From a virus, in IMG/VR virus record IMGVR_UViG_3300046714_000236, positions 1 to 64,000 of that record: a stretch of 64,000 bases of DNA; one strand, given 5' to 3'. A program made the position numbers and the translations under genes. The notes below the pieces were generated by a model. That model did not search any database. It saw only the letters and a program-made list of their open reading frames with translations, and was not told the DNA's origin. Positions 37,057-44,844 of this stretch are shown here, piece by piece. Each line of letters starts with the position of its first letter. Positions within the stretch are counted from its first letter, which is position 1.

Positions 37057-37319
37057 GGCAGCTTTACCTTGGATGCCGCCGCCCGCTGCCGCGCCTGCTT
37101 CTCAGGGCTCATCGCGCTGAAGATGTTCTCGCTCGGCGCCGTCTGGATCCCGAGTCGCTCAGCGACGCCGCGGATCCACTGAGCTTGCTTCACCGTGAGC
37201 GCGTAGCCCTGCGAGTCCATGCGCCCGAACGCTTCGCGCTGCGCATCGGTGAGCCGCTCAGCGAGTTCGGTTTCGAGCAGCTTCGTGAGCAGCTCGGCGT
37301 CCGTGAGCGGCTTGCTCAT
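37044..37319 (-). CDS. Hypothetical protein
   Basis: ATGA coupling. Confidence 0.7.
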   Translation of the reverse strand: MSKPLTDAELLTKLLETELAERLTDAQREAFGRMDSQGYALTVKQAQWIRGVAERLGIQTAPSENIFSAMSPEKQARQRAAASKVKLPWEK

Positions 37320-37846
37320 CGCTGCGCCTCGCGCTGCTTCTGCTCAGCGGCATCGGCGAACCGGATCACCGCCTGCGCCATCATCCGATGTATGGCGAGC
37401 ACGGTGCGGTAATCCGTCACGCACAGGAACTCGTCCGTGAAGATCCGGTCCATCGCGTAGCGCTCGCCGCGGATCATGATGTACCGGCGATACAGATTCG
37501 CCATGCGATGCACGTCGCCGCCATGCAACTCGACCGGCGCTTCGTCGATCGGCTCCTGCCGTGTCGGCCGCGTCGTGTTCGCCTGCACCCGCGTCCGGTT
37601 GATCCACGGCTCGTCGATCCGGTTCCAATAGACCTGCCCAAACTCCTGCGACTTCGAGAGCGCTTCGATCGCAACGCCGATCGGGTCTTTGACGATGATC
37701 GGATCGGGATGGTCCTCGCGCCACCACGCTTGCACCCGACGCGCGAAGAGCTGCAGCGCTTTCAGGATGGGCCGCATCCGCGACCGCAGGCGCCGCCGTG
37801 CGAGCTTGTCGACGTGCTGCCGCTTCTTCAATGCGAGCCGGGTCAT
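37316..37846 (-). CDS. Hypothetical protein
   Basis: ATGA coupling. Confidence 0.65.
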   Translation of the reverse strand: MTRLALKKRQHVDKLARRRLRSRMRPILKALQLFARRVQAWWREDHPDPIIVKDPIGVAIEALSKSQEFGQVYWNRIDEPWINRTRVQANTTRPTRQEPIDEAPVELHGGDVHRMANLYRRYIMIRGERYAMDRIFTDEFLCVTDYRTVLAIHRMMAQAVIRFADAAEQKQREAQR

Positions 37847-38043
37847 CGGTGCTCAGGGCACCGAGCCGCGCCCGTGGTGTCGTCGACTTCCCACCCGCGG
37901 AGAGCGGGCGGGAGCCGCGCCTCGAACTCGTAGTGCCCCACCTCGTTCCCGTAACGCTTCGTGAGCGTGCACGCCGCGCGGAACTCAATCGAGCACGAGC
38001 ACCCGGGTGCGTCGCACGTGACCAGGATCGGGATGGTGATCAT
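37843..38043 (-). CDS. Small Zn-binding protein
   Basis: CDAPGC...GW...CPEH. Confidence 0.65.
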   Translation of the reverse strand: MITIPILVTCDAPGCSCSIEFRAACTLTKRYGNEVGHYEFEARLPPALRGWEVDDTTGAARCPEHR

Positions 38044-38411
38044 CGGAACCCGACTCCCATCTTGCCGCTTCCGAGGAGACGCAGGGTCGCTTCCGTTCGC
38101 GTGCCGACCGTGTTGCCCCGCCCGACGAACTCGCCGAGCGTCTTCGCGACCCATGCTTCGAGCTCGCGTCTCTGCTCGAACGTTGGAGCGCCTGCCGGGT
38201 CATCGGCGATGATGATCGAATCCGTGTCCGCGTAGTAGTGCGCCGACGCTTGCGGCCACGGCCACGGAGGATCGACCACGCCGTACGGCGGAGAACCCGG
38301 GAGCTTCACCACGCCCGGCATGAACGAGTACGCCCGCACACGTTGCGGTTCGGGCAGCACGAGCGCGCCGGCTGCCGCTCCGAGTGCTGCGAGGAACGAA
38401 CGACGGTTCAT
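38040..38411 (-). CDS. Protein with twin-arginine-like signal
   Basis: MNRRSFLAALGAAAGALVLP. Confidence 0.65.
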   Translation of the reverse strand: MNRRSFLAALGAAAGALVLPEPQRVRAYSFMPGVVKLPGSPPYGVVDPPWPWPQASAHYYADTDSIIIADDPAGAPTFEQRRELEAWVAKTLGEFVGRGNTVGTRTEATLRLLGSGKMGVGFR

Positions 38412-38524
38412 GATCGCACCCACGCAACGAACTCGAACGCCCACGCGAGAGCCGCGATGAAGAGCAGTGCAGCGACTGCGTACACGACGATGGTTCGATC
38501 TTGGTCGGAGGGAAGCTGTGCCAT

Positions 38525-38749
38525 TTATTTTGTCCTGCTTTTCGAGGATGCCACGGGAAACAGGTGCACGAGTCTCGCGAGGAGAGCGCTTGCGTGGGTC
38601 GGGCAGAGCGCGATCGAAGTGTATTCCGTGACGATGATGATCACCTTCGCGTCCTTCCGAATGCGCCCCTTGGGAGTGAACAAACATCTGCAGCCGAGCT
38701 CACTGCAACCCGCTTGAACAACGCTCACCCGCTCTCGATAGACTTCCAT
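38525..38749 (-). CDS. Small Cys/His protein
   Basis: CSELGC...LCPTH. Confidence 0.55.
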   Translation of the reverse strand: MEVYRERVSVVQAGCSELGCRCLFTPKGRIRKDAKVIIIVTEYTSIALCPTHASALLARLVHLFPVASSKSRTK

Positions 38750-39177
38750 CAGACTCGGCGCGCTTTCTCCCACTGCTCGAACACAGAACTGGGTGAGCTT
38801 TTCGGGTGCGCCTTGAGCTCGGTCCCATTGAACACACCGCGCACGGGCCGACCGAAGCGAGCAGCGTGGACGCACAGGTCGGTCGCGAACTCGGTGAGCA
38901 CTGCGCCGGGGTCTGCCCTGAGCAGATCGGTCTCGTGGATGAGCGTCATCGCCTGGCGTTCTCGGCGCTTCATCGTGCGATGTTCTTCGCGCGCGTTGCG
39001 GATCTCCAGTTCGAGCGCGGGGAGATGTTCCGCACAGAGCCGCGCCCGGAAGTTTCCGATCTCGAACTCGAAGACGTCACCGACGGAACCGATGTCTTCG
39101 GGTCTCGGGCCGTGGTTCTTCTTGCACCCTTCGGCCATACACCCGCCGTGCTCTCGCGCCGCGACCCACGCCATCAC
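38749..39177 (-). CDS. Hypothetical Cys/His protein
   Basis: CMAEGC...LCAEH; resembles the adjacent gene. Confidence 0.65.
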   Translation of the reverse strand: MMAWVAAREHGGCMAEGCKKNHGPRPEDIGSVGDVFEFEIGNFRARLCAEHLPALELEIRNAREEHRTMKRRERQAMTLIHETDLLRADPGAVLTEFATDLCVHAARFGRPVRGVFNGTELKAHPKSSPSSVFEQWEKARRV

Positions 39178-39485
39178 GCCCTCCGAGACGCCCGGCTGTT
39201 CTTCTTCCTGCTCTGCTTGCCGGCGTGACGGACGCGGGAGCCGAGCTGCCGTGTGCGCTTCCTCGCTTGCCGTTGGTTGAACTTGCCGTGCCCCCCGAGC
39301 TTGCCGGGCATCGAGTACCCGAGCTTCACCCGCATCCCCGCGGGGAACTGCTGCCCCTTCTTCGAGCTCGGAGCGTTCGGGCGATTCGCGGGAGGCACGT
39401 GAGCGCCAAGGCTCGGCATGCCCATCATCGCGACCATTGCCATCAAGGCGCGCTTCGCCGCTGTCGTGGTGTCTCTGATCTTCAT
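39174..39485 (-). CDS. Basic hypothetical protein
   Basis: GGCATCCT 7 nt before ATG; K/R-rich C-terminus. Confidence 0.65.
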   Translation of the reverse strand: MKIRDTTTAAKRALMAMVAMMGMPSLGAHVPPANRPNAPSSKKGQQFPAGMRVKLGYSMPGKLGGHGKFNQRQARKRTRQLGSRVRHAGKQSRKKNSRASRRA

Positions 39486-39502
39486 GGTGTCGAGGATGCC
39501 GC

Positions 39503-39868
39503 TCAGCGGTCCGAATTGGCGAGAGCGTGCGCCATCGCGAGCGAGATGCGATCGACGCTCTGCTCACGGTTCGCCCCGAACGTCTTCGCGAGCGCGTCGA
39601 CAACGAGCCCCGAGATCTGCGCACGCACTTCGGGCTTCGCGAGCTCTTCCCGGATCACCTCGATCGCGACTCTGAGCAGGGCGTTGTCGGTCGCTTCCTG
39701 CAGCTTGCTCGGCTTCTTCGCCGCCCACCTATCGGCGCCCTCCTGAGGCTTCATGAGGTTCGCGAGCGCCTCGGTGATCATCTGCTTCCGCTCGTCGGGG
39801 GAGATCTTTTGGAAGAGCGCCTCCACCACGAGATCGCGCAGCTGTTCGTCTGACAGGTTGAGGTTCAT
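39503..39868 (-). CDS. Helical hypothetical protein
   Basis: Upstream 21 nt identical to those of the 39485 gene. Confidence 0.75.
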   Translation of the reverse strand: MNLNLSDEQLRDLVVEALFQKISPDERKQMITEALANLMKPQEGADRWAAKKPSKLQEATDNALLRVAIEVIREELAKPEVRAQISGLVVDALAKTFGANREQSVDRISLAMAHALANSDR

Positions 39869-39893
39869 GGTGTCGAGGATGCCGTCCGGTCAG

Positions 39894-39913
39894 GACCGAC
39901 ATCGATGTCGGTC
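39894..39913. repeat. 20-bp palindrome copy 8
   Basis: Exact; intergenic. Confidence 0.97.
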
Positions 39914-39932
39914 CATCACTTCGGAGCGACGG

Positions 39933-40403
39933 TCATTCGACCGCGAAGCCCTTGTCGAGCAGCCGGCTCTCCATGTCGTCGAGCGCGGCGCGCACGCAGT
40001 CGGTTTGCCGGTTGTCGAGGAGCGCCATCAACGCCTCCAACCGAGCGCCGCCGTCGAGCACGGCGCGACCGATGCGCACTAGGTGCCGCTGCCCGAGCGC
40101 GACCGTGTGTTGGTGCGGAGTGAGCGCGGCGCGGTACGGAGCCGGGGGGTTCTTCTGAGCGTCTGCCATCTCCGGAGGATGCGGCCCGATCACCGTCGGC
40201 ACTACCGCACCCGTGTCTTCGGGCCCGCGGGCTCGCGTCTGCTCTCGTGCGCGATCTGTGCGCCGCTGCCGTGCTGCGTCTTCTAGCGCCGCCGCTCGCT
40301 CTTCGGCCTTCGTGAGCGGCCGCCGAATGATCTCCTGTTCGCGCTCATCGAACTCGGCGTCGTCCCGGCTGTAGACCCACGGCTTCGGGAACTCGCGAGA
40401 CAT
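39933..40403 (-). CDS. Hypothetical protein
   Basis: Start MSREFPK 7 nt after GGCATCCT. Confidence 0.65.
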   Translation of the reverse strand: MSREFPKPWVYSRDDAEFDEREQEIIRRPLTKAEERAAALEDAARQRRTDRAREQTRARGPEDTGAVVPTVIGPHPPEMADAQKNPPAPYRAALTPHQHTVALGQRHLVRIGRAVLDGGARLEALMALLDNRQTDCVRAALDDMESRLLDKGFAVE

Positions 40404-40497
40404 CCCCCCGAGGATGCCGCTCAGTGCCCGTACCCGCCTCGGAGAGCGCTCGCGATGGCGAGGAGGAAGCAGATACCCCCGAGAAGCGCGCGCACGC

Positions 40498-41211
40498 TCA
40501 GAGCTTCTTTTGGAGCGTCGCGTCCGCCCATGCCCGCATGGCTGCGATCTCCGGATCGTCGGCCGCGTTCGCTGCCTCACTGAGCGCCGTCTCTGCCGCC
40601 TCGACCGCGGCCTTCGCCTTGTCGCGTGCCGCGACCGCCTTGTGTGCCGCTGCTGCCGCCGCGCCGTGGTCTGGCTCGTCTCCCGATGCGGCGTCGTCCG
40701 CTTCCTGCTGTGCTTCGGTCGCTTCGTCCTGCGCCTCGGTGAGCGTCGCGATCGCATCTTCGACGGCACTCGGATCGAGCCCAGCTTTCTTGTGCTCCTC
40801 GGCTCCTTCGAGGAGCTCGTTCGCCCGGGCCACCATCTCAGCGATCTCGGCCGACGCGTTCCCCGCCATCTGCGCGTAGCTCGCCGCGTCCCCTAGCCCG
40901 TGCTCCGCCGGGTTTGACGTCTCCGGGGCGTTCTCGGGATTGGTGGGCGTCTCTGCCTCCGGGTCCGCCGGAGCGTCTGCGGGGGCGTCTGGCGCAGGTG
41001 CAGCGGGGTCCGTCGGTTCGTCTTCCTCACCCTCGTTCGGATCTTCCTCGCTGGTCGGCAGGAACTCGTCGAGCTCCCCCGCTTCCTTCGCCCGAGTCGC
41101 TTCGGCGACGAGCGCCCCGATCTGGTCCTCGGTGAGCTGTTCGAGGATTGCGGCGACGCCTTGTGACGCGCCTTCGTTCATGAGCCCGGGAAGCAGCGGG
41201 AGATCAGCCAT
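40498..41211 (-). CDS. Very acidic Ala/Glu-rich protein
   Basis: ORF track; TGaTAGGCT 7 nt before ATG. Confidence 0.8.
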   Translation of the reverse strand: MADLPLLPGLMNEGASQGVAAILEQLTEDQIGALVAEATRAKEAGELDEFLPTSEEDPNEGEEDEPTDPAAPAPDAPADAPADPEAETPTNPENAPETSNPAEHGLGDAASYAQMAGNASAEIAEMVARANELLEGAEEHKKAGLDPSAVEDAIATLTEAQDEATEAQQEADDAASGDEPDHGAAAAAAHKAVAARDKAKAAVEAAETALSEAANAADDPEIAAMRAWADATLQKKL

Positions 41212-41253
41212 GGGAAGGAGCCTATCAGGCGAACGGCTCGCGCGTCACCGGGG

Positions 41254-41273
41254 GACCGACATCGATGTCGGTT
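41254..41273. repeat. 20-bp palindrome copy 9 (1 mismatch)
   Basis: GACCGACATCGATGTCGGTT. Confidence 0.95.
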
Positions 41274-41274
41274 C

Positions 41275-41388
41275 TCACTCTTCCGGGTCGCTCGGCTCGA
41301 CGAAGAGGAACGCGAGCGCGGCGCACACCGTGACGAAGAACGCGACGACCGCCATCGCCGCGAGCCCTTTGAAAACGAACGCGAGCAT
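41275..41388 (-). CDS. 37-aa single-TM peptide
   Basis: MLAFVFKGLAAMAVVAFFVTVCAALAFLFVEPSDPEE; GGCATCGT 7 nt before ATG. Confidence 0.55.
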   Translation of the reverse strand: MLAFVFKGLAAMAVVAFFVTVCAALAFLFVEPSDPEE

Positions 41389-41406
41389 GTTCCACACGAT
41401 GCCGCC

Positions 41407-43260
41407 TCACGTGCCGAACGGCATCCCCGTGTTGGCGCTGAGACGGTTCGTCGCCTGGCGCGAGATGTCGCGACGGAAGATGACAGCCATTCGATCGGGG
41501 TCCTGGTCTCTGAAGTCCTGCTTCATGTTGAACGTCTGCCCGCCGTTCATGTTCAGGTTCACGGCCTTGTCCTTCAGCTTGCTGATGTCCTTCATCACCG
41601 GCGTAATCATCGGCCCGAGCATCATCGCCTCCGCTGCGATGTCGTACCCGGGTTGTCCCTTCACCTTCATCTTGCCGACGGCCGCGAGCTCAGCGGCCGC
41701 GCTGCTCGCTGACATCGCCGTTTCAAGGAGCGCCACCTGCGCGTCCTTCCCCGCGTCCGCGAGCTGCAGGAGCCAGTCGTTCGCTTCCTGCGTCGCCGCT
41801 TCCTGCTCGCCATAACCGATCGTGACTTCCTTCGCGGCCTGCGCCATTGCGCGCGTGTCCTCTGCGCCGCGTTCCTGCAGGTCATTGTAGAGCCCGAACG
41901 CTTCGTACCCTGCAGCTGCCACACCACCGAGCGCCGCGAGCCCTGCGCCGAGCGTGACGGCCGCCGCGCCCACCGTACCGAGTGACGCCGCCGCGTTGCC
42001 GATCGCCGTCGACGCGCCCGACGCTTGCCCGAGGTTCGCCGCGACCGTTGCCTTGCCGATGTTGCCGATCAGTTCCGCAGTCTCGCCGGTGAGCGCGCCC
42101 TTCACCGCAGACACTCCGCCGACCACCGCGCCCACTCCGCCCTTCGCCGCGCCGAGCGCACTGCCCGCAACACCGAGCGCCGTCTTCGCCCCGAACGCGA
42201 TCGCGAGCGCTTCTCGGTGATCGTAGATGAAGAGCGCGACGTCCTTCGCGTACCCGAACGACGTGCGGATCACGTCCCCCGCTTCGTGGAGCGCGCTCTT
42301 GATCTCGTCCGAGTGCGTCTCGATGAACTCGAAGCCTTCCTCGAAAAGCTTCGCGCCCTCGGTGACTGCTTCGCCGAACCCTTCCCCGACGATCTCCGCA
42401 TAGCGTTCGATCTTCGCTTGGTTGTCTTCGAGGTACGTCCCGAGCTTGCCGAGCGCGGGCACGAGCGCCTCGACGATGGGCTTGCCCGCGTGCTCGAACA
42501 CCTGTTCCCTCATCCCCTTCAGGCTCGTCTCCACCATCTCTAGGGTGGGCTCGGTGCTCTTCATGCGTTCGGCCATCTTGCCGACCGCCTTCTCCCCGAG
42601 CTCCATCACCTTCGCGAGATGCCCGTCCGCCGCCATCTTCGTGAGCGTGCGCGCGATCTGCTTCGCGTTCCCATCCATGAGCCCCGTCTGCTTGATCATC
42701 GTGACGACGGGGTTCGTCGCTCGCACCATGCCGAGCTCCATCGCCTGCATGCCCTGAGTGATCGCCGAGAAGCCGCCGGGCACCGCGCGCCCCGCGTAGA
42801 TCATTTCCTCCGTGAGTCCCTTCAGCTCTTCGCGCGTGTGATCGCCACGCTCCGCCATCTGCTCGAAGCCAGAGATCACTTCGTTCGAGCTCACGCCCGC
42901 CGTGATGCTCATCGCTTCGAGCTCGTCCTTCATCCCCGCCGCCGCGGTGCGCGTTTCCTCGAAGCTCTCGCCGACGTCATCGCTCATCGCGAGCACGCCC
43001 GTGAGGCTCTTGATCTGCTCTTCCTCTGCGCCCGCTGCGCCGAGGATCTCGTGCCCGAACTCGCGAACGCTCTCGATCATCCCGCCGAGCTGGAAGCCGA
43101 GGAAGCTCGCCGCGACGTCGCGACCGAAGCCGAGGAGCTCGTGCATCGTCTCGGTCGCGTGGTGCTGCACTTCCTCGAAGCCGTGCTTGATGTGTTCGAG
43201 CGGGCCGCTCGATTTGTCTTCGAGGGTTAGCTTCGCTTTGACTTCGGTCTCATGAGCCAT
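41407..43260 (-). CDS. Tape measure protein
   Basis: Helical, Ala/Gly-rich; N-terminal LTLEDKSSGPL; follows the chaperones. Confidence 0.85.
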   Translation of the reverse strand: MAHETEVKAKLTLEDKSSGPLEHIKHGFEEVQHHATETMHELLGFGRDVAASFLGFQLGGMIESVREFGHEILGAAGAEEEQIKSLTGVLAMSDDVGESFEETRTAAAGMKDELEAMSITAGVSSNEVISGFEQMAERGDHTREELKGLTEEMIYAGRAVPGGFSAITQGMQAMELGMVRATNPVVTMIKQTGLMDGNAKQIARTLTKMAADGHLAKVMELGEKAVGKMAERMKSTEPTLEMVETSLKGMREQVFEHAGKPIVEALVPALGKLGTYLEDNQAKIERYAEIVGEGFGEAVTEGAKLFEEGFEFIETHSDEIKSALHEAGDVIRTSFGYAKDVALFIYDHREALAIAFGAKTALGVAGSALGAAKGGVGAVVGGVSAVKGALTGETAELIGNIGKATVAANLGQASGASTAIGNAAASLGTVGAAAVTLGAGLAALGGVAAAGYEAFGLYNDLQERGAEDTRAMAQAAKEVTIGYGEQEAATQEANDWLLQLADAGKDAQVALLETAMSASSAAAELAAVGKMKVKGQPGYDIAAEAMMLGPMITPVMKDISKLKDKAVNLNMNGGQTFNMKQDFRDQDPDRMAVIFRRDISRQATNRLSANTGMPFGT

Positions 43261-43269
43261 CGCACAAGG

Positions 43270-43665
43270 CTACACCCACTCCCCATCCAAGTCCGGATCG
43301 ACCGGCGTCTTCTTCCCGAGCTCCGCGATCACCATCGCCTTCGTCGTGTCGAAGTAGTCACGGAGCTCCGCCACGCTCAGCGCTTCAAGCTCGCTCAGCG
43401 GTTGGTGCATGTAGCGCGCGACGAACGCGATCACGTCGGTCGCGTCCTTCATCCGATCCCAAAGAGTCAGGATCCGTTCGGTGCCGTCCTTGTCGTGCAC
43501 GCGCGGGACGAGCAGACGCGCCGTGAGCTGCGCGCCTGGATCATCCCACTCGCAGAAGCCGAGAGTTTCGAGCCGTTGATCAACGACATCCGGATCGAGC
43601 GTGAGCCCGTCCGCATCACACCGCAGCCCTCTCAGACTCTGACAGCGATGTAGTTCTCGAAAAAA
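43270..43665 (-). CDS. Tail assembly chaperone GT extension (-1 frame)
   Basis: Overlapping -1 ORF reached through slippery T TTT TTC at 43665-43659. Confidence 0.7.
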   Translation of the reverse strand, partial: FFRELHRCQSLRGLRCDADGLTLDPDVVDQRLETLGFCEWDDPGAQLTARLLVPRVHDKDGTERILTLWDRMKDATDVIAFVARYMHQPLSELEALSVAELRDYFDTTKAMVIAELGKKTPVDPDLDGEWV

Positions 43666-44237
43666 CGGGTGAGCCGGTCCTTCTGCAAAACGTGCAGCTG
43701 CGACCAAATCCGGTTCAACAGGTTCTGACCAGGGCCGCCAAGCTGCTCCCAAAGTGTGTCAAGGTTGGCCGCTCCACCCGCGCCGCTCCAGTCGACGACC
43801 TCACCGTCGACGGCGCGCACCATCTGCTTCGTGAGTTCCTGCGGGAAGCGGTTCGGGTCCGCCATCGCACGCCCGAGCGCGAGCTTCTGATCGCCGATCG
43901 AAAGCGGCCACACGACGATCTGCCGCCAGAGTCCGCCCGCGACTCCGCCCGCTTCGGCGATGTCGAGCGCGGTCTCGACCTTCAGCGGGATCCCCACGGC
44001 TGGCGCGTACGTCCAGGACGAGGGGATGCGCATGAACACCGCGAGCCGATGCCGCGGGAACACGAGCCCGGGCGGTACGACCGCCCACGCAGGGATCCCG
44101 CCCGTCTGCGCAGGTGGAACGTCGCGCGCCTCCATGCGCGGCGCGGGTTCTTCTGCGGGCTCCTTCGCGGGCTCGGGTTCTTCTTCGGGCGCGTAAGGGA
44201 TCGGTTGTTCGGTCGGTTCCGTGGCGTCGGTCGTCAT
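43632..44237 (-). CDS. Tail assembly chaperone G
   Basis: Between tube and tape measure; AGGAGG RBS. Confidence 0.75.
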   Translation of the reverse strand: MTTDATEPTEQPIPYAPEEEPEPAKEPAEEPAPRMEARDVPPAQTGGIPAWAVVPPGLVFPRHRLAVFMRIPSSWTYAPAVGIPLKVETALDIAEAGGVAGGLWRQIVVWPLSIGDQKLALGRAMADPNRFPQELTKQMVRAVDGEVVDWSGAGGAANLDTLWEQLGGPGQNLLNRIWSQLHVLQKDRLTRFFENYIAVRV

Positions 44238-44371
44238 GCTCTATCCTCCTGTTTTCGCAGAACGACCACCGCGCTGAAGGGTTAGGAGGTGCTCCGTCGA
44301 TAACTGTGAGAGCCGTCGATCCCACTACCGAAGAAGCGCACCCCGCAACGCGGAGGTCTCTTGTCACGCGC

Positions 44372-44818
44372 TCAAGGGAGCGCGTTAGTCTGGACCGTGC
44401 GCTCGCTGCACTTGAACTGCATCTTCACTTTGACGTAGTCCGCGCGGCTCGCGATGGTCGTCGCAATGGCTCCCCACTTCACATCGGCGTACGTGTAGAT
44501 CGAGGAGTCTCCGTTCCCGTACAGATCCGTTCGGATCACGTTGAAGATCCTGCTGAGGACCTTCCGCTGCGCGCGCTCGATGATCGAGAGTTCGAGCGAG
44601 ACCCAGTTCGCTTTGGTGAGCTGGATCTCCATGTCGCCGCCGAACCCGTTGAAGATCTCGTCGAAGCGGTTGACGAGCTCTCCGAGGAACCCGGCCTCCT
44701 TCAGCTCCAACATGACTTCGTCGTTCATGCTCGCGATGCTGTCGATCGTGTTGTCGACGACGGAATCCGTCACGACGCGGATCGAGATCTCTTGGCCCTT
44801 TAGCCTCGGGTCGCTCAT
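44372..44818 (-). CDS. Tail tube protein
   Basis: 148 aa, beta-rich, directly after the sheath. Confidence 0.8.
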   Translation of the reverse strand: MSDPRLKGQEISIRVVTDSVVDNTIDSIASMNDEVMLELKEAGFLGELVNRFDEIFNGFGGDMEIQLTKANWVSLELSIIERAQRKVLSRIFNVIRTDLYGNGDSSIYTYADVKWGAIATTIASRADYVKVKMQFKCSERTVQTNALP

Positions 44819-44844
44819 GTGATTGCTCCTTCAGATCTTTCCGC

